Below, in pieces: positions 1-12,611 of a stretch of DNA of 64,000 nt. The notes beneath the pieces were generated by a model. That model was not told where the DNA came from, did not search any database, and saw only the letters and a program-made list of their open reading frames with translations. The translations under genes were made by a program, and so were the position numbers. Location: assembly GCA_028534125.1 (NCBI GenBank), contig CM052817.1, positions 3,164,001-3,228,000 on the forward strand. The letters are read 5' to 3'. This DNA is from Lama glama (taxonomy: Eukaryota). How positions within the stretch are numbered: position 1 is the first letter of the stretch; the number at the start of each line of letters is the position of its first letter.

Positions 1-174
1 ATCAGCAGACATTGAGTGATCCCTGAAGAAGGTTCTAGTTTAATGGGGTAGACAGACACAACCATAACTTACGTTTCTTTTTTTCCTTCATGTTAGTTGC
101 ATATGTGTCTCTTGCTCCCCAGTAAACTTGGAACCCTCTTCAGGGACCAATAAATGTCCACCGTGATGCACATT

Positions 175-378
175 ATTCCACCATCCATCCTTCTCTGTAC
201 GCCTTCACATTTTGTTATCCATCCTTCCATCTGGCCATCCAACTGTCCATTCTTTCAACTATCCAACTACCCTTTCACCCATGCTCCCATCCATTCATCC
301 GGTTCCTCCATTCCCCCATCCTTCAGTTGGTCATTAATCCATCCACTCATCCACCCATCCATCCATTCACCCTTCCGT
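175..378. repeat. Degenerate (CCAT)n simple repeat; similar tracts at 38468-38578, 50512-50690, 58285-58630 and 59510-59602
   Basis: Directly visible ccatccatcc and tggatggatg runs. Confidence 0.9.
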
Positions 379-571
379 CTAGCCAGCACATAACACGTGC
401 CCGCGCTGGGCCATGCAGTCGCCTCGCAGGGTGAGGTGTCATCTGGGCTCCTGGAGATGCTGTGTCACCGCCCCCTAGTGGATGGACACACCATGGCCCC
501 AGGCCCACGACCATCACGTTTCACCCTTGAGCTCCCCGCAGGTTCATCTGACCTTAATGGCGGCCTCCTAC

Positions 572-674
572 CTGCACCCATGATGAGGCCCGGCGCGGTG
601 TCCTTGGTGTGCACAGTGCCCGACACATAGGGGTTGTCTGCCCAGCGCAGGTGCAGGTGGAGGTGGCAGTCCGG
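572..674 (-). CDS. SORCS2: SORCS2 coding exon (exon 11), 103 bp, phase 0 to 1
   Basis: PDCHLHLHLRWADNPYVSGTVHTKDTAPGLIMGA(G), containing the VPS10-family C-x-LHLH...APGLI segment. Acceptor ctcccccttgcag|CCG, donor CAG|gtagga. Confidence 0.97.
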
Positions 675-3654
675 CTGCAAGGGGGAGACAGGGAGCCACG
701 GTCAGCACGTGGGCGGGAGGTGACCTTAGGAAAAGAAGTACTGAGGCTGAATCCACTCCTGTGGCTTTTTGGGTGGGAAGGCAGGGCCAGGAGCACTTCG
801 GGGGAGTGGAAGGAGGGTGGGAGGGAGGCTCTGAGGCTGACCACTGGGCCAGGTGACTGCTGGTGGAGGAAGCCAGGAGGCTGCTCCAAGGGAGGGTCCT
901 CCCAGCATGGGTGCCGGCAGGGTGAGCTCCCCAGGGTGGTTCCTGAGTGCAGAGCGGGGCTGCAGAAAGTGACCCCTGGAGCCTGCCTGGCCCACGCCCA
1001 CATTCATCCATTCATCCGTCCAGGACCTTTACTGGGGGCCTCTTGGGTGACCGCGGTAGCCTGGGCACAAGGGAGCAGCTGAGGGACACCCATAAGGCCT
1101 GTGCCCTCTGCAGGAGGCAGAAGGGTAGGGTGGCTGTGCCAGGGCTCAGTTTAGACATGTTTCACTTGTTTCAGCGAAACAGAAATATTATAACACAATA
1201 AATCTCTTTTGCCCTTTTCAAAATTCCTTGTTTCTTGGCACATTATTAAAAAACGCCAGGGCTTTAAACCAAGGGTGCTGGCGAGCTTTGCGCATTTGGG
1301 ATTCACACATTTGTCCAGGACCTGGGGGTGGTGCTGTGCGTGGGGCACTCAGCGCTCTGCTGGTGTCTGACAGGTGGACACAAGGCCTTATAAACGCCCC
1401 CAGCAGGGTCTTGTCCGGGCGGATGGAGGGCAGGGCAGGCCGGGAGATCTGGAGGGGCCGACCCCCAAGCACTCAGCACCTGCTCATGTGATGGGACGGG
1501 GAGCAGTGAGGGCCAGGCTGCTCTCGGGGTGCACAGTCAGACACGGAGTGGCCCCCGAAGAGTGGGAAGACCCCAGGGCAGGCTGGTGCCAGGGGAGTCG
1601 GTGCTGAACGCCTGGTCCTGATGGGGAGGGTTTGGGTCCTGGCCCGGCTTGGGTGGGTGTGACGTGGGCCGAGCAGGGAGGCCACACTGTCCCGAAGCTC
1701 CGCCTCCTCGGCCCTTCTCCATGCAGGAGCTGCAGGTGCCCTACAGAAGCATCCAGCAAACACAGTCGGATGGCCAGTGGACCATGCTGCTGGCTGGCGT
1801 GAGCGAGGACACCCGCCCCCCTGGACACCCCACTTCATGGCTCAGTCTCGTGTCTGAGAAGAGTTAACCATAGGCAGGAAAACAAATGGATTTCCTTTCT
1901 GAATTCAGATGCCAACAGACGCAAAACCATCTTCCAAGAGTGATTCATCCTGTGAAAACAGGTCTAATCCGCTTAGCCAGTAAGCCCTCCCTTCGCGCCC
2001 TCACTGGCAGGAAGCTGCCCCAGCCGGAGGGCTGGCCGAGTGGCCTGGGAGGCCCTGCGTGGCCCAGAGGAGAGGGAAACAGAAGACTCGGAAATCGCAC
2101 AGGTGTCGGGACTCCCACGGAGGACTTCTTAACATGAACGAAACTCAGTGGGGCCTGAAGACGCCCGACTGCTGCTGCTTTCGGGCGACGTGGGTACAGC
2201 GATACCTCGCTGCTCTGTTGATACCTTTCTGCATTTTCCAAGTATTCTGCAACAAGCAGGAATCACCTTTTCTCATGAGAAATCAACTCTCAAGTGTCGT
2301 CTGCCCTGTGCCTTGGGAGGATGCGGGGCTGGGGGAAGGACAGTCAGGGAAGAGTGACCTCGCCTGCCCCACCCTGCACACCCCCGCCCCCACTGCCAGG
2401 GCCACACACACAGGGAAACAGCCTCCCAGCCAAGGCTGTGACTTCTGCTTTTGGTGCCCTGTTGGGCGTCCCGCGCACCTGTCCTCGCTCCCCTGTGACC
2501 ATCGGGCTCTCCGTGTGCCTGCCTACAGCCACACACCCACCAGGTGGCTCCTACTTTTATTATTTCAAGGCCGGGACATAAATCTTGAAAGGTCATCTCC
2601 TCACTGAGCTGCGTAATTGCAGACAAGAATCTATTCTTAGCAAAAACTTGCTTTGACAGATTAATATGGCTTAACTTTGTCAATGATGATACAAAAATTA
2701 GCCCTTTCACAGTGATTCTCTTCTCAGAAGAGCTTTCACAGGCGGCAGGTAATTTATCCTTCCCATAGGTCGGCAGGTGCTATCACCCTCTGTTATCAGA
2801 CGGAGGGGGGCTTCCGCGGAGGCCGAGCACAGGCCCCTGGTTGGTGAAGTCTGGGAGCAAGGGGCTGTCCCTGCTCAGGCTCTGCCTGGAGGGCACAGAG
2901 CCCCACCTTGACCCTGGGCGGGTAGTCAGGGGCTGGCAAGGAAGGGCACCTGCCACCCTCAGGGGCCCTGCAGAGACTCAGGCAGACCCCACAGGGGCAG
3001 GATTCTCTGCTGTTTTGTGTGTTGATGTATCCAAACACCCAGAACAGCGCCTCGCATGTAGTAGGTACCCTTACATGTCTGTTGAATGAACATCCCTGTA
3101 AGATAGGCCATTATTCTATTTACAGAGGCAGAGCAAGGCATGGGGTTGGCCATCCCCAGAGCAAGGCCCTGGACTGTGAGACCAGTAGGAAACAAAAGCA
3201 AGTGTGCCCCGTGAAGGCTCAGTGGAGGGGACACGTAGGCAGGGTTTTCAGTTATCAGCAGGACTTTGCTGAATGAAAAAGGAAAGGGTAATTCAGCCCT
3301 CCCACCCTCCAGGCAGCCAAGACACCGGGCACCTACACTCACACAGATCCCCTCCGAAACTGCCCAGCCATATGTACGGGCGAGCCCAGCCTCTCACAGA
3401 GCTGCAGGACAGCGATTATTGTTTGGGGTGGTTTGTTACACAGCACTGCTGTGTCAGGAGCTGAGTGATACACTCCCCCTCTGACCGCCAGTTACGCCTC
3501 CTGTAAAGGGCGGCGTTTCACACAACCCTCTCCACCATGCCCAGAGAAACAGGAGGTTCGTGTTTCCCAGATGGTCCTTCTCAGATGTCAGCGCCTCTGA
3601 CCCCCAGGTCCTGCAGTAACGTCTAGTGCCCACCCCAGGGGAGATGTGCAAAGC

Positions 3655-4154
3655 NNNNNNNNNNNNNNNNNNNNNNNNNNNNNNNNNNNNNNNNNNNNNN
3701 NNNNNNNNNNNNNNNNNNNNNNNNNNNNNNNNNNNNNNNNNNNNNNNNNNNNNNNNNNNNNNNNNNNNNNNNNNNNNNNNNNNNNNNNNNNNNNNNNNNN
3801 NNNNNNNNNNNNNNNNNNNNNNNNNNNNNNNNNNNNNNNNNNNNNNNNNNNNNNNNNNNNNNNNNNNNNNNNNNNNNNNNNNNNNNNNNNNNNNNNNNNN
3901 NNNNNNNNNNNNNNNNNNNNNNNNNNNNNNNNNNNNNNNNNNNNNNNNNNNNNNNNNNNNNNNNNNNNNNNNNNNNNNNNNNNNNNNNNNNNNNNNNNNN
4001 NNNNNNNNNNNNNNNNNNNNNNNNNNNNNNNNNNNNNNNNNNNNNNNNNNNNNNNNNNNNNNNNNNNNNNNNNNNNNNNNNNNNNNNNNNNNNNNNNNNN
4101 NNNNNNNNNNNNNNNNNNNNNNNNNNNNNNNNNNNNNNNNNNNNNNNNNNNNNN
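3655..4154. other. Assembly gap (500 N, probably a placeholder size)
   Basis: Run of exactly 500 N. Confidence 0.99.
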
Positions 4155-4380
4155 GCCCTGAGCCTTCTCCTCTGAGCCGTCGTGTAGGGCCTGAAACCCC
4201 CACCAGGCGGAAGAAAGTAGCTACAAGATGACCAGACTGCAGCCGTGACAGACGCTGCCACAATTCCTAGAACTGGCTTCCAGGAAATGGGAACAAACCG
4301 ACCCTGGAGCTGAGCTTAAAATGAACAAGATGACGCTGATCAGAGCCCCGCACGGCTCACTTCAAGACGACTGTCAGAGC
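4155..4380 (+). mobile_element. ERV1-type LTR fragment abutting the gap
   Basis: The stretch gatgaccagactgcagccgtgaca...gggaacaaaccgaccctgga...caagatgacgctgatcaga...gactgtcagagc resembles ungulate ERV1 LTR sequence from recall. Family not assigned. Confidence 0.55.
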
Positions 4381-4389
4381 CATCAGGGA

Positions 4390-5415
4390 GAAAGTAAAGA
4401 AAACAGAGATTTTAAAAAAATTAAAAAAATCAATCAAACCAAGAGCTTGTTTTCTGAAAGAGTAAACAAAATTAACAAAGCAATGGCCAGGCTCACCGAG
4501 AAGATAAGAGAGAGCGCACAGACAAACAAGGTAAGAAAAGAAAGCGGAGAGATTCAACCAACACCAGAGAAACACAAGAAAGTCATGAGAACACTAGGAA
4601 CAGCTGCGTGGCAATCAAGTGGGTAACTTAGAAGAAATGGACAAGTTTCTAGAAACATACAGTCCACCAAGGCCGAATCAGGAAGAAACAGACCATTTGA
4701 ACAGACTGATCACCAGAAGTGAACTAGAATCAGCAATAAAATACCCTCCTGCAAACAAAAGTCCGGACCAGACGGCCTCACTGGGGAGATCTATCAGACA
4801 GACAGAGGAGAGCTCACACCAGTCTTTCTCAAACTTCCCGAAGACTGAAGGGGAGAGAACACTCCCAAACTCATTCTGTGAAGCCGCCATCACCCTGGTA
4901 CCAAAGCCAGGCAAAGACACTACCAGAAACAAACACTATAGGTCAATATCACTGATGAACATAGACGCAAAAATCCTGAACAAAATAGTAGCAAACAGAA
5001 TCCAACAGCACATAAGAAAGATCATACACCATGATCAAGTTGGATTCATCCAGGGACACAAGGATGGTTCAACATATGCAACATATGATATACCACGTCA
5101 ACACGAGAAAGGACAAAAACCACATGATCATCTGAATAGATGCAGAAAAAGCATTTGATAAAATTCAACACCCACTGATGATAAAAACTGTTACCAAAGT
5201 GGGTATAGAGGGAACATACCTCAACATAATAAAAGCTATTTATGACAAACCTACAGCCAGCAGAATACTCGACAGTGAAAAGCTGAGAGCCTTCCCCCTA
5301 GGATCTGGAACAAGACAAGATGCCCACTCTGACCAGTTCTATTCAACATAGTATTGGAAGCCCTAGCCACAGCAATTAGACAAGAAAAAGAAATAAAGGG
5401 GATCCAAATTGGAAG
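4390..5415 (+). mobile_element. LINE-1 ORF2 internal fragment (pre-RT region and start of reverse transcriptase), frameshifted
   Basis: Peptides KINQTKSLFSERVNKINK, NLEEMDKFLETY and LPNSFCEAAITLVPKPGKDTT...YRSISLMNIDAKILNKIVANRIQQHIRKIIHHDQVGFI are L1 ORF2 hallmarks. The strand is A-rich. Confidence 0.95.
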
Positions 5416-5839
5416 TTCCTTGGGCAGGGAGGCCTTGGACCCAGTAACTGAGCCCCGCTGGTGTGGCCTGAGCTCCTGAGAGCCCCCGTGTGCACAAAGC
5501 AGCCTTTGCTACTCTGTCAATAGGATGTCGCTATTTCTCGTGGTGAGCCGGTGGCACGGAGGCTCAGGATGTTATGAGTTTTACCTGAGGTTCCATGGCC
5601 AAGGGTTATGCTTAGGATTTGAGTGGTAACACACAGTTAATAAGAGTCTTCTACGTGGTAGTCAAGGGAGTTACTGAGTGCCACCTCATCAAGTCCCCAG
5701 ACTCCAGGAGGTTGGTACTCTCCTAATCTTTGATGCACAGTTTGGCCAAGTGCCCAGCACATGAGGAGCACGCCCAGGAGGACCCCGAGGGGACGGACAC
5801 ACAGTGAACGGGGTAGCAGTTCCAGTGCTGCTCCAACAG

Positions 5840-6230
5840 AGTGATCCAGGCAGAGGGGCTTAACGCAGCACACGTGAGTTATGTTACAGCTCTGGAGGTC
5901 GGAAGTCCAGCATGGGTCCCACTGGGCTAAAAGCAAGGTGTCGGCGGGGCTGGTCCCCTCCGCCAGCTCCAGGGGAGACGCTGCGTCCTTGCCTTTCTCA
6001 GTGTCTAGAGGCACCTGAGGTGCTTGGTTTGCGATCCCTCCTCCATCTTCAAAGCCAGCGGCACAGCATCTCCCTGGTCACTCTTCCATGATTTCATGCA
6101 TTTTTCTGACCTTCCTTCTGACCCTCCTTCCAACCTTGAGGACTCTTGCAATTGCAGGGTGCCCCCTGGAGCATCCAGCATAATCTTCCCCTCTGCTGAT
6201 TGCCAACCTCCATCCGCCATTGCTTGTGTC
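5840..6230 (-). mobile_element. MaLR LTR (MLT1 family)
   Basis: Typical MLT1 phrases: tatgttacagctctggaggtcggaagtcc, aagcaaggtgtcggcggggctggtccc, ctccatcttcaaagccagc. Confidence 0.75.
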
Positions 6231-6682
6231 GTCTGCTAGGACGTTGCTGCCTGGGGTGGGGTCTGGGGTGGGGGTCCGGCCGTCATCTCCATGGACAAAG
6301 CTTTGGGGATGGTTCGGGATGGTCCTTGCGGGGGACGGCCCCAGGGAATGGAGAAACACAGCCCCTTCTCTCACTCACCACTCTGTCTCTGGCTCACCTG
6401 GGGCATCACCTGGGTGGGCACCTGGCCTGCCCAGCACTGAGTGCAGATGCCTCCCCTAGGGGCAGAGAGGACGCTGACTGGCCCAGTGATGGCTGGCTTT
6501 ATTCGGAAAGCGCTACTGCATACCCCAACTGGTCTCCATGAAAACATTCAGCAGTAAATAGCATGGACCCTCCCGTCCGAGAGAGGGGAGGTGTGGGCTG
6601 AGTTTCCCTGGGGTTCGCCTGATCAGCCACGCCCTGGCTCCCAACACTGATGTGCTCACTTCACGTAACTGCCCTCCCCACG

Positions 6683-7131
6683 GCTGTGTGAATTTCCTGG
6701 CTGCGATAGAACATGGCAAACTTGGTGGCTTAAGACAACAGAAAGTTGTCCTCTCACAGCCTGGAAGCCAGAGGTCCAAAGTCAAAGTGTTGGCAGGGCT
6801 GCCCTCCCTCTGAAGTTTCCAGGGAAGGCTCCTTCCTCATCTCCTCCAGCTCCAGGTGGCCCCAGTGTTTCTGGACTGTGGCCACATCTCCCCAGCCTCT
6901 GCTGTGACTTCCATGGCCCTCTTCCCTGTGCGTCCGTCTCCTGTTCTGATCTTTATGAGGATCTTTATGAGGTCAGTGGATTGAGGGCCCCCGGCTAATG
7001 CAGCATGTCTCGTCTCCAGATCTTTTACTTAATGACAGCCACAGAGATCCTTCTTCCAAACAAGCTCACAGTCACAGTTTCCAGGGATTTGATGTGGCTG
7101 TATCTTTCGGGGCCCCCACTCAGCCCCCTAC
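6683..7131 (-). mobile_element. MaLR LTR (MLT1 family)
   Basis: aaacttggtggcttaagacaacagaaa...ctctcacagcctggaagccagaggtccaaagtcaaagtgttggcagggc...cactcagcccccta ca. Confidence 0.8.
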
Positions 7132-7423
7132 AATGGCTGTCTCCCAACTGTGGCCAGGGCTTCTGGGGGTCAGGGAACAAGGCTGGGATGCTCCCTCAGC
7201 TCTCTTCCAGATGCACCCAGAAAAGGTGTGCTGTCTTGCCTGGAACAGGGACCCGCCCTGCAGAGGTGGCCGCTCATGAGCCTCCTACATGTAGCCTCCT
7301 ACATGTAGAGCCTTCTACATCTGGGATGAGACGTTTTTCCTGGACACTCTAGGCCACATCCCTCCCGCAGATTATCTCGAATCCCCAGAAAATGCAAGTG
7401 CTGGGAAAACAGTTGAGAGCTTG

Positions 7424-7654
7424 CTGAGCACGGACTTAGCACCAGGTGCTGCTCTGTGTATTTAACAGAAACGGTGATTCGAATTCTCACAGCAGCCCCC
7501 TGAGGAAGGTACTACTGTCATCCTTGTTTCACAATGGGGAAACCAAAGCACAGAGAGGTTAAGTAACCTGCCTAAGGTCACACAGCAAATATGTACCAGA
7601 ACTGGGATTTGAACCCAGGCAATCAGGACCCAGAGCTTTTCTTGTAACCACTAC
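7424..7654 (-). mobile_element. MIR SINE
   Basis: MIR core in reverse: ggggaaaccaaagcacagagaggttaagtaacctgcctaaggtcacacagc...gggatttgaacccaggca. Confidence 0.85.
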
Positions 7655-9699
7655 CTGTGATCCCCGCTAGGCACATTTCACAGAAGCAAAGTCATCTGCG
7701 AGAGCACCCAGCTTCAGGCCTCCCACTGTGGACTCCCTCCGCTCCCCAGGACTCCCACTTTGTGGTCTTTGGGCATGGGTTGCTGTTCCCTGGTTCCTCG
7801 GCTGGCTGGCTTCTGCTCGGCCTCAACTCAGTCTGCACCCCTTCCTCCAGGAAGCACGCCCTGACTCCCACCCCTGGGGCTGGCCAACTGTCCCTCACAG
7901 CATCCTCTAGACATGACACACTAAGTGGGAACCACTGTTGGGAGCTGGTCTTCCTGTAGAGTCTGGAGCTCCATGAGAGGTGGTCTGTTCCTCCCTGTGC
8001 CCCTGAGTGTGGGGCCTGGAGCCAGGTGCACGGTACAGGCACTGCGGATATCTGCAAGGGCCATACGGGCCGTGCACGTTTCCTGCCTGCAGTGCCCTCG
8101 TCCCCGGCGCCCTTGTGCCACAGCCCTCGCCCCGTTCTCCCAGACACCTGCACCGCGCAGTGGCCGTGAGAGCACCTATCAGAGCCAGGGGTGACATGCC
8201 AGGGGTGACATGTCTGGTGGTCCCCTTGGAGCTGTTTCAGGCCGGATGAGGCCACCTACCCTGTGCCCTGTGTATAGCTCTCAGCAAAAGGCGGGGAGCC
8301 ATGGCTGTGCTCCTCTGCGTCCAGCTGGGGAGGCAAACCCTGACAAATGGTTCTCATTGTAAGCAAATGACCACATTCATTACCTTCTTGGGGAGAGTGA
8401 CTCCTCGCAGCTGTTAACAACTAGAAGATGAACACCACAGCCCCGGCTCTGCCCAGAGGCCGCCTCCTACCCCGACTGACACCCCCCATGTCTGCCCCAG
8501 TCTCCACTCGCCCCAGACGGGACGCCCTCCCCAGCTCTGCAGGGATGGCAGAGCCTGGCAGGTCCACCACCCAGCATTTACTACCAGAACACACGGCCTC
8601 TTGCAGGTGATCCCACTGGCGGGGGGGTCCCTGAGGGAAGGACCTGAGGGAGGAGCTTAAGGGTGAATGGCCGAGGGATGGAGTGCTGGCCAGGAGGATG
8701 AGTGGAACTTGGGCGGACAGACCGGCTAGTTCTTGTGTTCTCGCTTACTTCCAGTACGTGCAGGCTGGCCACCTGCCTTGCCTGAGCCTCAGCTCCTCAC
8801 CTGGACCCTGGCTGAGGGACCACCCCGTACCCAGCTCCAGTGTGGACAAGAACAGAGGGGGAGACCATGGAAGGTGGGGTCCAGGCTGGGCCTGCTGTAG
8901 GTGTGCGGTGGACATTTGTGGGATCCAAGTACAGAATGACACAGTGCACAGGTGTTTTCCCGGGGGAGGGAGCCCGGCATGCGAGCCAGGAGTCCTGCCC
9001 AGAGCCTCCCATCAGCCCCTCGGTGACACATGATGAAAGCAAGTGGAGGCTTAAATGGGGCACAGGTGGGGCGGGACCCCAGGCAGGGCTCAGGGAGGAG
9101 AGGGTCCTTACACATCTGAATCGCAGGTGGGGAGGCTCCATGCCCCACACTCAGAGAGAGTGCAGGGCCAAGAGGAAGACAGAGCAGGAGAGAGACAGAC
9201 AAATGGTAGATGCACGGACAGAGGGCAGAGGGATGAGGAGCCCAGGGCTGGGGTGGCGGAGAGGCAGAGAGGCAGGGGGTCTGAGAGGGAAGGGGCCCCA
9301 GTCTGTGTCCCTCAGGGCCACCTGGCCTCTGTCTGTTTTCATGCACTGGCTTTAGAGTGGAACAACTTTACAGTTGATGGCTGGCGATCAAGTCCATGGT
9401 GGAGACTACTAACCTGAACCCCAACTCAGCGAACTGTTATCTCTCCCGTAAAAGAATTTCATTCGTCTCATTAGTAGACCTATTACAAAGTTCTCCATTC
9501 CTCTGTTCTGAATTTCATTAAAAAGAGCAAGTTTTTTCTCCTGCTCTAAAAGTATCCTCTTGACCTGCAAAGCCGAAAATATCTGGCCCTTTGCAGGGCC
9601 CCGAGTCAGAGCATGGCGGGTTGGGGTGGGGGGAGCAGGAGGGGGGAGCAGGGGAGGGGTGAGACCGGGCCCCAGACACCCCAGGCCCCCGCATCCCAC

Positions 9700-9879
9700 C
9701 TGGAGGATGTCGATGATCACGTTCTCCTCCGCCTGCCGCGAGCTGCGCACGTCCTCCAGCACCAGCGAGTAGCGCACGCCGCTCGGGTCCGACTGGTACA
9801 GGTTGTAGGTGTCGGTCTGGTACCACTCCTGCACCGCCACGAACACCTGGCTCTCATCTGTGCTGATGACCTGCAGATC
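9700..9879 (-). CDS. SORCS2: SORCS2 coding exon (exon 9), 180 bp, phase 0 to 0
   Basis: DLQVISTDESQVFVAVQEWYQTDTYNLYQSDPSGVRYSLVLEDVRSSRQAEENVIIDILQ. Acceptor tctgtccccag|GAT, donor CAG|gtggga. Confidence 0.97.
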
Positions 9880-12611
9880 CTGGGGACAGATGGCGGTGGG
9901 GCCAGGGTCAGACGTGGGCCGGGGGCTGGCGCGGGAGAGTGAAGCCGGCCTAGGGGGAGTGGGGAGAGATGGGGCAGGCCTGGGGGAAGGGGTGAGCAGG
10001 CCTGGTGGGGAGGCGGAGCAGGCTGGCCTCAGGCCTGGCAGGAGTGGGGACTTGGCCACGGCCTCTTGGAATTGGGCTGACCTAGATTTCCATCCTGCCT
10101 CTGCTCTCAGCTCTGTGACCTTGGACAAGTCCCTTTACTTCCCTGGGCCTCCATTTCCCTGCCTCCAAAGTGGGAGTGTTCAGACCCTCCATACTGGGTG
10201 GTGGGAGGGACGCCCAGGCACTTGGTGGGACACAGAGACACCTCCTCCCCCAACGGCATCCCATCAGGCTGTCTGCCCATCTGAACCTGCAGTGAGGGGG
10301 AGTTCTTCCTCTATGCACCCCCAGACTGTCGGAATCACCCCAGACCATCACCTCTGGGAGGTGGGATGGGTCTCCTTCCCAGACTCCCTCCTCCATCCCA
10401 TCCCGAGGGTCAGACAAGTCATCTGTTGGTTCATTTATTCTGCACGGATTCATTAAGCACCTACTGAGTGCCAGGCCCTCTTCTAGGCCCTGGGCTTCAC
10501 TGGGGACCCACCCTGGTCTCTATTCTCAGGGAATGTACACTGGGCAGGAGGAACAGGTTAATTCGCTCCAGCCTCACGTCCGGGACATCATTACCGTCTG
10601 CTCGGTGCACTTTACCCACAGCTCCTCTGGGCCAGGTCCCCCCAGGTGTCCAGGGCCCTGCGGGAGCCGAGGGCAGGCACCGCGCCAGCAGGCGGGCAGG
10701 AGGGCTGCCCTGAGGAGGTGCGCAGCCCAGGACCGGCGTCGTTGTCACCTGGAGCAGGAGGCCAGGCTGCTCCTGAGGGCCCGGCAGCCGTCTCGGGCTT
10801 CAGTTTCAGATTTTACAGTTCAGAACTGAAAAACCCCAATCAAATACAAAGGAAGGAGAAGAAACCCAGGGCTAACCTCGGTTTCTTGTTTTGCCTTTTG
10901 CTCCCAGCCAGCACCAGCTGCGGTGTGGGAGCCACCTGAACAGGCATCGGAACAAGCCAGCCTGTTTCAGAGCCCCGACAAGCTTTTCTTCTCCAGCCTC
11001 TACTGCCCTGTCTCCATCGCTCAGGGGCTGTGATTGCCCCTCTGGCAGTAGAGCTGCCGCGACCCGGGAGCTGCAGACGGCTGGCGGAGGCGAGGGCACT
11101 GCCGGCCGCAGCGGCAGAGGCTATCCCTCCCCGGCTCGCCCGCTGTGGGTGGCGCAGTTTTGGGAGACCCTCTGCATCCCATCTTCTCGTCTGATCCTAG
11201 GGCCCAGAGACGGGACACTTCTCTCTCTCTAGTAACTGATCAGGGCCCTATTCTGTCCCGTTGGGAGAGACCTTCAGTTGAGAGAAGAGGCCTCCTGGGC
11301 AGGGCACAGGCTGGTGACGACCCCTTCCCCTACGGTCTGAAATGCCCCCCAACGCTGAGCAGCCAACAGATGTGGCTTTGAAGAATAGGGACGCAGTGCT
11401 GTGAAGGACCTATGATGCACCTCCAACCAGGCAGAGCCCTGGCAGCATGAGCAGGGCCCTTGGTCTGTGATGTAAATCTCACCCACAGACTGGACGGGAC
11501 CCAAGCAGCTCATGGCCAGGGAAGGAGGACAGAGGTCAGGGGTCCCAGGCCTGGTGGTTCCCATCTGTGAAACGGGACAGCAGGCTGGTGGGGGATCGAG
11601 GGATGCGTGTGAAATCTGGCACGGGAAGCAAGGTCATCTCTGCTTCTCCCCCTGCCCCTTATTTCTCTATGCTCGGCCACAGGCCAGGCTGCAGCGTCCG
11701 TCGGGGTACTGGTCGTTCTGTGGCCTCAGCAGGAGAAGGCCTTCCCAGGCCCGTGGCTCCGAGCTGAGGCGGTACTGGCATCAGTTACAGAGGGAGCAAT
11801 CAGTATCTACTGTCATCACATCAAGTCCGACTTGGTCTCCTCCGCCCCTGGGTAAATAATGTTCACTGTCATCTGGGAGACAGAGGAAACACAGAAAGGG
11901 AGGAGGAGTTGCCGGCAGTGCCACCCCACAGAGACCTGACATTAGCAGTTGAAGATGTCTCCTCCTGGGCGCTCTCCCAGGAGTGGCTTGTACGCCTCTC
12001 CACGTACGGCGCGTGGCTGCTCTTCCACGTTACGCGGGGCACGCTTTCCTCTGGCATTAAGGTTATTGATGAACACCACTGTTAGTGACTGCGCGATGCT
12101 CCCTTTTGTGGATGTTCCATATTTCAGTGAATGCGTCCCCTCTGGTGAGCCTCTAATCGTTACGTGCAAGGCAGTCACGAACATTCCCAGACACAGATCT
12201 CTGCAGCTCTGGTTATAACCTCAGCATAACTCTAAGGAGGGAAATTGCTGCAAGGGGGTGCAGGAACATTTTTAAAGCTCTCGTGCATGTTACTCAGTGA
12301 TTGTCCTGAGAGTTTATATTAATTCCTTCCCTACCAGCAGGGCCGGAGGGCACTCTTCCCACTTCTTGCACTGAGAACCATCTTTTAAAAATCCTTGCTG
12401 ATTAGAGGATGATAAGTAATTTGCAATTTTTTCTTAAATTTGCATTACGCTATCCTTTTTTTTTTGAGGTTAGAAGCAGAGACATTTAGTTAACTCCATT
12501 TCTAAACAAAAGACATGAAAAAAATTACACACATGTATATGTGTTTGTATGTATATATATTTATATGGCCTGGAGAAATATGTGGAAGGAAATACCAAAC
12601 ATCAATATTTG

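Noticed and set aside
3454..4263. Long ORFs spanning 3454-4263
   Set aside because: Artefacts of translating the N gap.
4619..5158. Active reverse transcriptase gene
   Set aside because: A frameshifted internal L1 fragment that ends before the catalytic RT motifs.
6949..7320. Short tandem duplications (atctttatgagg x2; cctcctacatgtag x2-3; likewise aaccacccctgcagg x2.5 near 48756)
   Set aside because: Ordinary replication-slippage duplications with no sign of function.
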